Source: Ascidiella aspersa
Taxonomy: Eukaryota
NCBI GenBank assembly: GCA_963924565.1
Contig: OZ004615.1
Location: 25,172,001 to 25,236,000, forward strand
Direction of reading: 5' to 3'
Length of the DNA stretch: 64,000 bases
Shown: one piece after another, positions 1 to 14,248 of the stretch
How positions within the stretch are numbered: the first letter of the stretch is position 1
Layout: the number at the start of each line of letters is the position of its first letter
Translations under genes and position numbers: made by a program
Notes under the pieces: model-generated
What the model saw: the letters and a program-made list of their open reading frames with translations, nothing else
The model's database searches: none
What the model was told of the DNA's origin: nothing

Positions 1-365
1 CACATAATCACACTATACACATATGTGGGCACACAACGACGAGACTCTGGATTTGTCAAAAAAAATAATAACCCTGATGCCTTGATCCTCCCACGAAACT
101 TTTCCCCTAATCCGCGTTTCTGTTCGCGAAGCTGAAATCCGCTGCGCAAACAAAAAGACAAGTCTGTTGTGTTGTGACAACTAGGGGGGGGGGGTATTTC
201 TGTCCAGATATGCCTTGCGCCTTTCTACACTTGCTATAGGCACACGTACACCAAGAGAAACGATGTTACGCACCATTTACGAGCAAATATTAGCACCGCA
301 CCGCACTTTTAACTTCTGCTGTGCCGGCTTAAAGCAAGCGAAACGATACAAATTAGTCTCTTTTT

Positions 366-670
366 AGTTGTAGTTAGAATAGCCCAACTAGAAGTAGGTA
401 GCATTTTGAATGTTTCGATTATCTTTTTTGTTTATGTTTACAAATGCAACCTACTTATGTATGGGTTTTGATATTCTTTCTACGTCTAACTACACCATCC
501 AGTCATTATCTTAAGATTTATTCGAAACGTTCAAAATGCTTCCTACTTCTATATGGGCATTGATATTCATTCCACGTCTAACTAAAAGCTATCTTAAGAT
601 ATGTTCAAAACGTTTACAGTATGCTACCTACTTCTGTATGGGCTTTGAAGTTATTTCTAAGTATGACTAT
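366..670. repeat. Dispersed/tandem ~90-bp repeat family A (ttattcgaaacgttcaaaatgctacctacttctgtatgggctttgatatt...acgtctaactacaacc)
   Basis: One inverted and about three tandem units here; further copies at ~6620, 12370-12680, 13120-13320, 19480-19700, 29530-29680, 37935-37990, 39800-39915, 42210-42330, 48085-48150, 54300-54430. Confidence 0.85.
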
Positions 671-1890
671 AGTGACTAATATTACGCTGTTGGCTACGAT
701 TTGTTTCGAGTCTATGGGGAAATATATTCGGGGTTCGCGCCTGTAAAAAAGATAGAAAAACCATTGTTGTATTGTTTAGACGCGTAAATTACCTGGTAAA
801 GTTAAGTCTACTTTTAAGTCTACTTTCACGTTCTAAGTGTTTTTTTTTGTTAACACGCGTAACAGTGCAAACCTTTCAAAAGCCACAACCGTCCCTCAGA
901 CAGCAAATCGTGCGTCAAAACCGAACTCGCGCGCACGTGACGTCATCGCCAAAGAGCGTGACGTCATTCGGCGGCGAAGAAATCACGCGCGAAACCGGAT
1001 CCAAAAAATCAACCGAAATCGCGTCAAAAGCGTTCAAGTCACGGAGTTGAAATTAAAGCCTCGCGCGCGGGTACTTCCCCCTTTGTGCGAGCGGCCACGC
1101 GTCTCTATGTGCTTAGTGATCTCTGTGTAAACAAGGGGGTCTTCGGCGCTGTGTAAGGGGGCTTGTGGCCCTCTTTAGGCCTCTTGGCGCCGCTTTTGAG
1201 ACTTCTACGAGGACTATAATCGTCGCTGGGCACCTTCTTATCGCGAGGGAAGTATAAACTCGCTGTTTTACCAGCTTTTGGATCCTATAAGCAAGAACAA
1301 TCACGTGAACGTTGATTTATTTTAGACTTATGCCTTAAAAAGAATTGCTTAAAGACGTCATTCATATTCAGCAGTTTTGTGAAAAAAACTAAAATAAGGA
1401 ATAGTGTTTGTTTGATTATTTAATAGTTTCAAGTACTCTATTTTCACTATTGGCTTGATCACAACTTACGGAAAAATTTAATACCATTATTATTCCGATA
1501 TTCGTATTTGCATTGCGTTCTGGACTTTAAAAGCGTTATAATTCTCACTGAACAAAAAATCATCGTAGTAAAACTTTGAATTTAAAGAATAAATAGTTTA
1601 AAACTTTAATTAAAAGTAATAAAAATTGTCAAAACTTTAACAAAAATACATAAAAATGTAAAAATTTTAATAAAAAAATAAAAATTTTAATACAAGTAAA
1701 AAAAAATTTGCAAAAAAATTAGGGGGTAACATTTTGCGACAGTGATAAACGAGTTGTGTTTGATCAATCACTGAGCTAACTTGTAGCAAAGTCAGCAATA
1801 ATCCGACAACATGGCGACATGACAATCCATCACTGATCACTAATAGCTGCAGGCAATATTGGACGCTAACTGTTTAACGCCTGACGGTGA

Positions 1891-3262
1891 TTTATTGGCT
1901 TCTAAGCATCGGCATTAGTTCACTGTGCGATACTTGTAATTCGAATCGTAATGTTAAACATCAAGGCTAAGTATGTCCGATACTTTCCGCTACCGATACC
2001 CGATTTTTTCTGCAGGTCCGATCCAATATCAGATGAACTCATTAATATGCTCAAATAAAAAGATAGGTAAAATTAAAACGTTTAAAGTATTTTTTCTCGA
2101 AATTTGTTCAATTGTGAGCTCAAAAAGGTTGGCAACCAATGTTTTACAAGATACAAAAAGAATTTTATAGCTCCAAGACAATAAATTTTTGAACGTTTGT
2201 TTGATACTTTAAAAAAATATATATATTCCGAACTTAAAAAACCAAAACAAAAACTTGGAATCTCGATAAAAAGCCACCGCGGTTGTGAAGGGCTTAATCG
2301 CCCGTAGCAGTTCGACTCTAAAGTTCATTTATTGGCTTCTAAGCATCGGCATTATAGAAGTCGCCAAGCACTGTGTGATTCTTGTAATTTGAATCATAAT
2401 GTTAAACATCAAGGCTAAGTATGTCCGATAAACGATATTTATTCCGATGTCCGATATTTTATACAAAAGTATCGCGAGCCGATACAAAGTAACGTCGTTA
2501 CAATGAAAAAAAAAGCAAAATAGATTAAACTTTTTTCCCGGTTTTAGGCCGAAATTCGATTTATTATAGGATCAAAAAGGTTGACAAACTATGTTTTACA
2601 AGATACAAAAAACATTTTTTATATCTCCAAGACAATAACTTGGACGTTTTTTTATACTAAATATTAAAAAAAAATAAAAAAGAAGCATGCTGAAAATTCA
2701 CGAAAAATTCGTGACAAAAAATTCCAAAGTTTTACAACAGTGATTCCTAAACTGTGTACCGCGGCACACTAGTGTGCCTCGAGAGATTAAAGAAAATTGT
2801 CACTTCGGCAAGGTTGGGAACAATACAATAGGTACGTCACTAATATCTACCTATATATGACGTCACCAATGTTTACGTCACACTGACGTCACTGTTTACC
2901 TCGGGGGGAGGGTCCGCGAAACTGTTTGAAATTTCGGAAAATAGAGAATTTATATTACCAATAGGTATACACGCAAGTACATCGATTTAAACACGCACTA
3001 TCCATTACTATTTATTAATATTGATAGATTTACATATAGTATGGCGTGTGTGAAGGGCAATTGTAAAATTACTTTATTGTAATCTGTTAAAAGTGTGCCT
3101 CGAAATATTTAAGATTTTTTGGTGTGCCGCGATACAAAAAAGTTAGGGGACCACTGCTTTACAGCGAAAAACAAGAACTTGAAATCTCGCCGTGATTTTC
3201 ACGATAAAAAGCCACCGCGGTTCCGAAGGGCTTAATCGCCCGTAGCAGTTCGACTCTAAAGT
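1891..3262 (+). repeat. Local tandem duplication (~435-bp unit); second copy interrupted by a MITE
   Basis: 1891-2325 is repeated at 2327-2737 plus 3157-3262 (tttattggcttctaagcatcggcatt...aagggcttaatcgcccgtagcagttcgactctaaagtt). Confidence 0.85.
2738..3156. mobile_element. hAT/Charlie-like MITE
   Basis: Ends CAGTGATTCCTAAACT...AGTTAGGGGACCACTG, internal GTGTGCC/GCGGCACAC motifs, degenerate 8-bp TSD ttttacaa/ctttacag. Confidence 0.7.
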
Positions 3263-6200
3263 TGCCGGCGGCGATTTTTGCCTAAAACATGGTCGATCGT
3301 GATTTTCACCGACGTCGTCGCCACGATATAAATTTGACGAGCTGTCACGCGACAAATAGACTTTCCTTGTATGACAACAAGCGGCGATCAGACCAATGTT
3401 TATGGCTCCACCCTGGCAGCGAAAATGTGGCCATTTTCGTCGAGGTAATTAGGCCAGAGGCCACTTGCTCTAAAAATTGGCCGGGCACATTTTTTGGTCC
3501 AGTTTTTTTACGCGATTTAGTTTATTTTTTGGGGGCTGTGAAAACTCCCGGTTTAATGCGTATTTATAAGTGTTTTTTGACTATTGTAAATCTGGACGAA
3601 ATGCCTTGACACACTTTAGGTATGGCACATAATGCAAGAAATAAATTGTAGTTAAACTTGTTTTAAGAAATGACAGGAATAGCAACCGAAGCAGCTTTGA
3701 AACAACTTAAGTTCTGATGCCACTTATAAATTTTGCTTAAAAACAGTATATTTGACGGGTTATTGTAATGTGTAACTAATCCACAGGTGACACAAAACAA
3801 AACGAAGCACAAGCAATTCAGTTTAGACCGCTTGAAAACGTATATATTTATAGTTTTTGTTTTGAACTTTTTCAAAGCTTGCTTGTAGATGCCTTCACAG
3901 ACCATAAGACAAATAAACGGTCCCCACGCTATTTGATTTACAGATCGGGCTCACGTTATTTTGGGTCCAATTAGAAAGATAACACGCGCCTACGCATTCT
4001 ATTCATTCACAAAAATCAAAATCAAAAACACCAGAAGATTTGCTTCAGTCTTATCTGTTCAGCCACATAGTCGATTTAAAATTAGCCTGCTACCTTCTTA
4101 AAATGTAGTTTTTAGGTTGCTTTTGCTTTGCTGGTTTGTAAAAGAAGCTCTCGAGTTAGCTGCGGTTATTTAAACTGTCTTAAGCAGCAATTGTAGCGAC
4201 TTGTTCACAAAATGGACGACCAGTCTTGTCACGAGTGTGATTAAAGAGCGCTCATCGGACAGATTGGGGTAATTAGCAGCCCGCTCATCCAGTGTCATCA
4301 ATACTTGTCAAAAGTTGCTTTGGAAATCGTGGGACCAGAAAGGAATGCCAGCTGTTACGTTGAGGCTTTTTATTCGGTATTTTTTGCTCAACAGCTGTCG
4401 AGGAGAACATCATTTTTGGTTGCAAAAAGTTACGTTTATCATTCAATAGTTTTCCCAATTAAACACTTTAAATCGTTAAAAAAAGAATTCTGCTACTTCT
4501 AAAGTTTCTGCTACTATAAAAAAAAGCCGGACTGTTTTACATAATTAATTTAAAAGGTTACTTTAAAAACAGTTTTTTTAAAAATTATATACAATTTTAA
4601 TATTTTTTTTTGCTGAGCCTTTGTCGAATTTTGTTTTCCGTCGTGTTTTTTGTGCCTTTCGCGCCAAGATTTGACAATAACTAGCGGGCTGCCCATAATA
4701 GTACAGTAGCGGCCACTAAAGCCATTCAGATACACGTTTCGTCGCCAAGCTGCCAATTCGTGTGAGACGCATGCCAGACGCTCAAAAAACGACCAGAAAC
4801 AACATGTTACGGCTTTAAAAGGGCGTATATTTATAGATTCCAAAACCATTGGCAGCAGGTTTCTGCTTGTCGATCACTGTTCCCCTGACGCGTATATTAA
4901 CAATAACAATAAAACTCAAAGTTTAGAGAGCCGAGTTCAACCAGAATCAGACGTTTTTATAAAGAAATGCCTTTTTTTTAAATGAAGTTATTCCAATCAA
5001 GGAACTGACTATGTATAGGCGAAATATTTATTTCTTAAAATGGTTTTTAAACTTTAGGTTTTATTGTTTATGTTACGGCTGCGTATTCAACCTCGGGTAA
5101 AAAAATGCGGCTAAGAGCGCTGAACAACGCATAATCGGCCGCATCTTCAAACCACACGTAGATAGGCCAGCGTGATTTTTAAAGGCCCGCTGCTTCTTGT
5201 AGCTACAAAGGCAACATGCGACCTGCAGAACAGGATTTCTTTTAGCTTTTTTAGCCTGATTGACGCTTTGATAATTCCGCCCTGATTTGATAATTCTGTC
5301 CTTTGGCGAACGTTAAAAACTGGGTTCGGTTGCTGGGTGTAATCCTGAAACTATCCGCAATAATTATGGTGCGAAAGAAACTTTTGGGGTACCAGTATAG
5401 CAACAAAAGAATCGTACATATCTATAGTTAAAGCTAGCTGCTTTGTCGTATACAACTTATTGAAAAAACTTATTGAAAAGCCTTTGAAAAACCTCAAGTT
5501 TTTCCAAAATTCTTCGAACTTATTTTATGATCAGCTAAAAAATTAAGTGTTTAGCAATTGCTGTTAAAAAAACATTAAAAAAATGACTTTTAATTGTGTT
5601 CACTATGACATCTCTACTGTTTTGGAACACTAAACACGGATATGTTCATAATCTTCAGTAGAAGGAGAGATATCTATTATTTGGTCTAATGTTTTGTTTT
5701 CCAATTATATTAAAAACGTCTAGCGATCCAATTTTAGGTCGACAAATTTCCTTTGAAAAATCTTTGAATGTCTTTGTTGTTTTTCATAAACTGTGTCGCA
5801 AAACATTACACTAAGAAAGAAAAGTAAAACTGGCCAAACATTTGCGTCTAAACGTCCCCACCATAAAAGTTGTGTGTTACATAAAGAGAACGTGGCTAAC
5901 TCGCGACTAAACGTAAAACGATAACAACTTGTAAAACCCGAAGTAAAATGATTATACAACGCAGAGATAAGAACTTGAGACAACAGCAGCCAATCAGCAG
6001 CCAGCAAACAGACACAAGCCCAAAACCCATATTTGCTTAAAAGTTCGCGCACCCAGAAATAATACCCAGCAGTCGGCGCCGACGCGTGTTTATTTAAATT
6101 TCCGACTGATTAGGGCGCCCAGGCCAAACGGGAACACTCGGCGCCGACGTGGCCCTCGGAGGCCAAGAGTCCCGACGCCCTGTAGATGTCAGATGGTGAG

Positions 6201-6495
6201 ATAAGGACCTGGTTGCGGAGTTATGATGCCGCGATAGCAGCCGACAGCGCCATTAGGCCCGCTGCCACGTCTTGTATTTGCTTGTTTTTGGCGTCGCTTG
6301 TTTTAGCTGCTCATGGCGGTTTTGCTTTTTGCTGCCTTGGTTTTAATTTGAGTTGACGTTTGTTCGAGAACGATGAGAAAATCTATTAATTTTAACAAAC
6401 TTGATAAAATAAATAAAGATACATTCGAAACATAGAGTTAGCTCCACCAGGTAACATATCAATAAATATAAATCTCTCTTCTGGTGTAAACGAAG

Positions 6496-6547
6496 TATAA
6501 ACCGACGTTTCGGCAGCAGATACCAGCTGACCTCATCAGGGTTAATA
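6496..6547 (-). ncRNA. Minimal type-I hammerhead ribozyme (Penelope-like/retrozyme type)
   Basis: Minus strand UAUUAACC-CUGAUGA-GG(U)CAGC-UGGUAUCU-GCUGCC-GAA-ACGU-C^GGUUUAUA: full core, stem I, stem II, palindromic stem III, GUC site. Confidence 0.85.
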
Positions 6548-7347
6548 ATTAAAACGAGAGTGCGTTAGCCATCTTATACACTGAGAAGTAAAAAATTGAA
6601 AAAACGTAGATTAAAATTATTTATTTATTCGAAACGTTCAAAATGTTTTTCAAGTATGGGCTTTGAGATTCTTACTACAATAAGACTATCGCCAAAATTA
6701 AATATACTGTGTTTGTTTGGTGATTAATTTTGGCGTCGCCCATTTTAGCTGAACATGGCGTTTTTTCTTTGGCTTTGGTTTTAAATTAGGATTTTTGCTG
6801 AAACGTCAGGAAAATCTATTCATTTTCTGAACAAAACTGCCTCCAAAATGGAATAACTCCAAAAATTGCGTTTGCTTGTTTTACGATATTTGGAAGATAT
6901 TTGCGCAATAATTCTTAGGTTTTCCTAAAAGGTTGATTGACGTAATGCTGACGTTTTCAGTCGACTACGCCCTTTTATCCTAATCTATCGACAAAGTTTA
7001 AATCTTTACATTTAAAAAATTTGCTTTCCAGCGATGTGATCTTTTTGATGCAATCCGTGCAAATTAAACACGTCATCCTAAAAACTTAGATTGGCCGATT
7101 GCTTAAACGTCGGATATTGACGGAAGCAAACAACTTCTTTCTTCAAGGTTCCAAAATAAAACGATTGTAAATTCTTGAGCGACCGACGTCATATGTTTGT
7201 AACTAAAAAAAACTAAAAAAAAAGATTTTAAGATTATGCAACCTTAATCTTTTGATTACCAATAATTCTACATTTCCTACTCTTTATATAATTAAACAAC
7301 AATTTCGTAATAAAAAATTGCAAAATAAATCAACCAGCGACAACACT

Positions 7348-7400
7348 ACCCGGTTCGGGATCCGAACCCGCGACCCTCGGAATTTAGTGCGTCGTAGACA
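7348..7400 (-). mobile_element. tRNA-derived SINE-like head fragment
   Basis: Minus strand gggtcgcgggttcggatcccg resembles a T-arm/B-box; similar fragment at 24492-24519; no complete cloverleaf. Confidence 0.3.
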
Positions 7401-10400
7401 CGTGTGCTCAAAGGTGGATGGTTACCGCAAAGCGACGCAGTGTCTCTGGTTGGCGTCGTCTTGGCTGCCCACTTGAGAGTCGCTGTTTCAACCGAGCTGT
7501 CTCGTGTCTTGTCTTCTCTTGGCAGACGCGACCGTCGCGGCGGTTACCGGCATATTTGAGCGCTGTTATTTGGCCAGATAACAAGACCGCTTCAAATCAA
7601 CCGGATTTGACGTTTTGGCAGCGATTTTTGAATCTTTGAGATCGTTCGAAAATTTACCGCCAAGCTTTTAAAAGTTGAAGGAATGCTGATTCTATTTCTC
7701 ATTTGGCTGAACTGCGTTATTACGTTTATTTACGAGATAAGCTATTTACAACTGTTTGTTCTGGATTTTGTAGAATGGCAAATAGTAACTAGGCTCGTTG
7801 GTGCTAAATTATGAAAACAAGCGATACATTTTTCGCCAATTAAGTCATAATACGTAAAGCGTCTCCAAAAGCTCGCGTTCTTACCTAAAATTTTGTATCG
7901 TTTTTTTATCTACAAAAACGGCCAACTTTGCTAAAAAAAACAACAACATTTTTTTCCAAAAAACGGGCCGCAAAATGGCCTAAAAATCGGTCTGTGTTCC
8001 GTGCTTGTAACGCGGTCTCTGCGGTTTGTAAGACAACCCGATTATCTTGCGCCTTTTTCTTATCTCGCTCTCCCAGCCAAGCTAGGCAAAGCAAAGCAGA
8101 GAGGCCAAAGCAAGGCTCGCTTTCCATTTGGGCAAGCGTCGTTCAGCAGACTAGAGCGCCTGGAATTTTGTGTACGCTTGTGTTTGGCGAGAGGCGAAAG
8201 GCCTGTGTAACACGGTAGCAGCAGCAGACCACAGAAAGAACCTCGCTGTACAAAGGTATGCGGCTGTGGTAGGTGGAGGTAAAACGACGTTGGCTGAAGA
8301 ATGACTGAGGTGTTTTTAGTCTGCTGCCCGTAAGTTTTTGTTTATCAAGAGATGCCGACTTAGGGAAGGTCTACTTCATTTTAAAGGTGCCTCCGGTGTA
8401 TCTTTGATCGTTTGTACCACTTCATCGTTGGTTAGTACCACTTCAGCACAGCTAGGATTGTCGCAGTTGGATTTCATAGCTTGGTCACTAAAGCAATAGG
8501 AGCAATAAGTGTGCCGTAATCGTTGGTCAGTACGAGTGTTTTACATCACGCAGCTACGCACATGTCTATAATAATTAGGTTGAGATGCTAAGATTTAGCC
8601 TTTTTAGGCGGTTTTGTTTCACTGTTTAGGTGACATTCATTTGCCCGAAATGTTGCAAAAGTTGTATTATTTACTTAGTGGCGGATTGTGTTTTCGCTAA
8701 ATGCGGCTCAATTCTAGTTTCACAATGGCTTTACGCCGATGCTAAGTGTTACACCGTTTCTCTAGCATTGTGTGTGTATTTGTAAGAGCGAATTTGACTT
8801 TAACTTCCAAACGAAACAAGGTATAACTTAAATGACCTCACAGGAATTCCCGTTAAACAGCTTTTAGTTAGAAGAAGTTCGTCCAATTAGCTTTTAGTTT
8901 CTGTTCATTCAGTGTTAAATGAAGGATTTTTTTCACTAGACGTCGTTTAAATTGAATTTTGGCGACGACAATAGCTAGGAAATTACACCTCTATCTAATA
9001 ACATTGGTTTCAATTTCCGTATATACTTTCAGATGTGTTGCAATTGCCTTAAACCTAGACTTCGCACACGCGAAATCAATTTGGCGTCACAAAAGGGAGA
9101 CATTGTTCGTGGAGTAAACCTTATTTCGATTTCGATTTACAACCGAGCGCTTCCCCGTACAATTGTGGATCTCAAAAGAGCTTTAGCGGTTTCCATATTT
9201 GTCCGGTTTCACAACAAGAAGTTTCGAAGCTCGTTTTGCGATTTTGACAAGCGAGTGCTGTATAGGTTAAAAGAAGTGAAAATCTCGAAACTTGGACTGT
9301 TTTACCTTTGGGGCAAACTAGAGTTGACAACATGATTCTTGGCGTAAACCGGTGGTTTTTACCCTAAGTTTTGTGGCCGTTTGATTGGGGTCGCCGACGG
9401 AACTAGTTTTTTATACTTAAGGTTATTGAGATTGGTTCTAAACAAAAAAATTGAACAAAACAAAAATAAGGTCGCCAAATACTTTTCTCCGCGAAAAAGT
9501 TTGAGAAACACAAGCATATAGTGTTATTTGCCGTTATATTCGGACAAAAAGTCATTTCTATAGGGAAAAAGGTCCCCTATAAATCGCTTCGATTTAAAGC
9601 TGGTTAAACATGAATTCAAGTAAATATGGCCTTGAGTGTTTTTTCAAACAAAAAGTAAACCAGGGTTTTTTTTTTCAAAAAAACACTGTATAAATAGCCA
9701 GAAATTATATACAGAAAATTTATAAAACGTTGAAATTTGCATACATTCGGTATAATAGGTTGCAAATGTTTTTTGCTCTGAAATTATTTAGTACTTGTTT
9801 ACTTCTCTTCGTTTTATGGTCGGGTAATTTCCCTTTTTACATCCGCTAATCAGCAGATAATTACAACAAACGTACGCGTGTGTCGCAAACTGTAGGACGT
9901 CCGTATTTATTTGTTTAAACTGCCCTAATAACCATTACAGGAGTCTACAAACGACCTGTAATCGTAATGCAATAACCTCCTAAAAACTACCGCAAATAAA
10001 AGAATAGAATCCAAGAAACCATCTTTACATTGTTTGTTATGAAATTACAACTCCTTTTGAAAAGCTTTACAAAATTATTCGGCCTGTTAAGGGTTCGAAA
10101 GGCACCGCTATATTATATTTAATAACAAGTGTGCCGTTATCGATAAAACTGTAGCCAGGGCGACTTAAGGATGTGGAAGGTCGCGAAATACACACATCGT
10201 GTACAAAAAGATGCGGTTCATTTGCGTTTTCGGATATATATTTGTAATCTTAAAAGCAAGGACATAAAACCAATGTTAAAACGTCAAGTCTCTGTTTTAA
10301 AATCGGTAAACAGTTCAGGTAACATTGGACCAATTAACTGTATTTTGAAGGCAGCAAATCTGGCCTAATTACCTCGCAAGCTTAAAACGTTGTTCTGTGT

Positions 10401-13400
10401 TTCGCCAAAGGCCATTGCTAAGGTTTTAATATTCGATGGGAACGAAATTGTGAGGTTTTTCTGAACGAGGTACTTTTTTAGTTTGTCTGTCCGCAGTTTT
10501 AATTTTTTTCCCAATTAAAAGCTTTAAAACCTGTTTGTTTTGGCCGCGGAAGCAAATCCGCAAACTTTAACCTGAAAAAAGAACGCTGGGATTGTTTCAG
10601 AAACGCGTTTGTTGTTTCTTGCAAATTTCTTCCGGCTTTACTTCGCCCGAAAAAGCGTTTAAATATCTCCGGGTATTTATCCGCGGGTCGCCAATGCGTC
10701 ATTATTTCGCGTCCAAAGACCTGCGCATAAGTCGTTGTTGCAAAAACAAGTTGGCAGCAAAAGCGGTGTTCCCGGCCGCAAATCCGACTTCACCGCGCAG
10801 TGTATTTACACTTGTTTGTCTGAAGCCTTTGCAGTTAGCTGATTAGTCGGCGACCCATTGGCGTCGGACGGTCTGCCCTCTCGCCCGTCTCTCTTGAGCC
10901 AGTGGGACGCGTATGACAGCTTCTAGAGCCTTTTCTGTGCGTCGCTCGCCCGAGCTAAAGGCGATTAAATCTGCCGGGCGTCGCACACAAGACATGTCCC
11001 ACTTGACTTGAGCATCGTCGGTGAAGCGACTGTAGCATCGTCGGAGATACTAACTCTCTCTTTCGTCTGCTATCTCTTTGCTAATGCCCGCTTTTTTTCC
11101 TGGCTTGAAACTGTTGCTTCTTTTTCGGGGACTGAGTCAGTCGGTAGACGCGTTCATGTTGAAGAGGCGAAACTAATTGATTTCACCCTGGACAGCTTCG
11201 AGACAAACTCAGCCTTGAAATCTGTAGTTTAGGAAAACTTTGTGTAGACTTGGAGATTTTTGAGCGGTGAAAAGATTTGTGTTTAGTCATGCTAAAATGT
11301 ATTTGGAAATGCGACTATTATATTTTGTCAGAAAATCTGAATCAGTAATTAGGTCATTTTTTGTGTAGCCTTGGATTTCGAGCGGCGATAGCATTTGTTA
11401 AGTGTGTTTATTAGACCAGCTGAAATATATTGACGACGCGACTTAAAGTTTTTGTCAGAAAATTCTACCGTCTTTTAAGGGTACGTGTTTTGCACACAGA
11501 CAGGTACAGGAAAACGCGCAAAACACAACAGAATAAATATAGGAATATTTGAAATTAGCTCTGCCGTAGTCTCGTTTTTGTCCACAGCGTTTTGCAACCA
11601 AAACAAAACATAGTTAATCAGGATAATCAATTACATACGCATTGCGTGTATGATGTGATCAGTCCTTCTGGATTCGTAGTGGTTAACGATAACGGCAGAC
11701 ATTATAATAGTACACCAGAAACCTGTTCTACTCGGGAAACCTGTTCAGATTCTAAGTTGGAAATTTACATTGCCGTGGCTTACTTAAATCGTAAAAGCTT
11801 TGCTGAGTTGGTTAAAGTATAGCGCTTTGTACAGAAACACCGTATTAGATCAACTGTAAAGTCCATTTCCATTCTGATACCAGTTTACTAACTTTACCCG
11901 AACAACTTTGTATGCAGGAAAACAATTTTACAAAACAGAAACCACCGCTTTGCAATAGTTCACCTGTATATCTAAGAAATTAAAGTAAAACTGCAACCGT
12001 TGAACCGAATTGATTAATTTTGGCGCGGATTTTTGACAAGTGACCTTGCAGCGGCGTTCAAGGTCACCGTAGCCCGCACACGTGTTTATCTAACGTCGCT
12101 CTGAAGTGTTTAAGGGTATTCCCCCGAATCAAACCCCGATCGGTCTTGATTAAAAAGCAAATTGTGTCAAGATTAAAAAAATCGAGCGAAGCGCTTGATA
12201 CCCGGTTAATGTACAACCGACTGTGGGCTTTCAAAGGTGGAAGGGCTTCGCTTCGAAGACCTCGGATTCATGTTGCTTTGAAATCAATTGCCCTTCAGTT
12301 TGTTTTAAATTCCCACCGGGTTTTAATGATTAATTCGTTTTTTGATCTTTGAAGCTTAATGACTTGAGGTTGTAGTTAGACGTAGAATGAATACCTAAGC
12401 CTATACAGGAGTATATGTTGAAAATTAATAAATACTAAGATGCGTTCACAAAAAAATGTCCGTGAAATGTTGCCTATTTCTGTGGAGGCTTGAATATTCC
12501 TATTAATTGGAAATTCAAACTCTTATTTAAACGTTAACAAAATGCTACCTACTTCTATACGTGCTTTGATATATTTCTTCTTCGTCTAACAATAACCGTA
12601 ATCCATTATCGTAAGATTTATTCGAAACGTTCAAAATGTTACCTACTTCAGTATTGGCTTTGACATATTTATTCTAATATTTAAAATCGTTTTTCGACTG
12701 ATGTCGTTCGAGTAATTGCAAAGGCTAATTGCCCATCCTCTAAACAAAGTGGCAGAGACTTAAGGGAGAGAGGAAGTGTTTCTGCTGGATGACGAATCTC
12801 CCCTTTGCCCTGTCTTGTCGTGTTTGTTTTAATTTCCCGGTCACGGGTCATGTTTGTCTCATTTCGGCGGCTAATTGCTCGCCAGGCGCTTGTTTTTGAA
12901 AGTCGGCACACAGTGAAGCAGGCAGATACCGGCAGACCTGGCGCCGCTGGCCCAAAGACCCCCTTTCGATGCCCCTTGTTTATTTTAGTTGGCGCTGGTC
13001 GGTTGTATAGTATATGTGTCCGTACTTTGAGACGTTGTTAAGTGTAAACCGTTTAGAATCGCCGTGTTATATCAATAAGTTTACGGTAGTTTTTGGAGCT
13101 TAATTGGTGGTAGTTATAAATGAATAAGGAGATATTCGAAACGTTCGCAAAATGCTTCCTATATATTTAATTATTTAAAACTCCATTTAATTAGTTCAAA
13201 AATGCTACCTACTTCTGTATGCGCTTTGATATTTATTCTACGTCTAACTACAACCCCCAGCCATTATCTTAAGGTATTTTCGAAACGTTCCCAAAATGCT
13301 ACTTACTGCTTTAATATCACTTCGACGTTTAAACATTAATTTTTAAAAAGTGCAACTTCGCTTTTTTTACGAGGTTATATCCCGTTACTTGTTTGCGGAA

Positions 13401-14248
13401 GTTTAAGCGTGTAAAATCACGTCCGTTGACCAGCAGAGATTAGGAAGTTAATGCGTTCCAGGGGGTCCATTTACACGGAATTTTAAACATGTTAAAAGTA
13501 TATCGCCAAACGCGATTTTGGTTGTTAGCTGATTTTGTTTTAATCAAGTCTTTAACTTTAACTTTGTCTCTTGATAGAAGTAACACTCCGTTATAAGACC
13601 CAGTGTTTAAAATTAACAAGATTGGGTAAAAAGTTAAATGTAGGTAAAAAGTTGCCTTTAGCGAAAATAACTTCACGTCCTCGGACAATCCAGTGTTACA
13701 TTCATTAAATTTAAAATATCCCCATTTGTGTATAATGTGCAATATATTTCAACAGCTATTTCTATTACACTAAATCTCAAACCCCTTAGCTTAGATCGCT
13801 ACCTAAATGTTTGATTATTCTATAAACATTTCATAGTTGGAAATATAATTTGAAGTTCGATCGAAAGATGACGTTTTTTCGCTGAAAAACAGAATTCCAA
13901 CTCAATAGAATTATCCAAACTTAGGGACCAGTCCGAAATGTTTGATTAATCTACAGAAATTCTAAAGTTGGAAATATAATTTGAAGTTCGATCGAAAGTT
14001 GTCGTTTTCAATCCATGTTCAAAAGTTCTCAAAACACGCAGAAAGTCCGCCGAACAGCGGGCTACGAATTTCCAGCCACGGTTTTTCTCGTTACAATCCG
14101 CTTCTCGCTCGAAGCCGACGATTATTATGAGCAAACAATGGGCGCGCGATGTCAGACTTCGCGGCGTCGCTCGGCCCATCGAGGTCACGTGACCATCGCG
14201 CGTCTTGTTTATCCCATTGTTACGTCATCAGCGTTCGCTTTGTTTTAG

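Noticed and set aside
73-141. Possible 69-nt minus-strand exon of a gene running off the left edge
   Set aside because: Splice signals are plausible but no recognisable protein motif; cannot be supported
443-670. CRISPR-like appearance of repeated units
   Set aside because: Eukaryotic context; units are contiguous degenerate tandem copies with no unique spacers and no cas genes
5610-5665. Minus-strand CTGAAGA hairpin resembling a hammerhead
   Set aside because: Lacks the GAAA...UH core on the 3' side
7348-7400. tRNA gene
   Set aside because: Only a T-arm/B-box-like part is present; no full cloverleaf can be drawn
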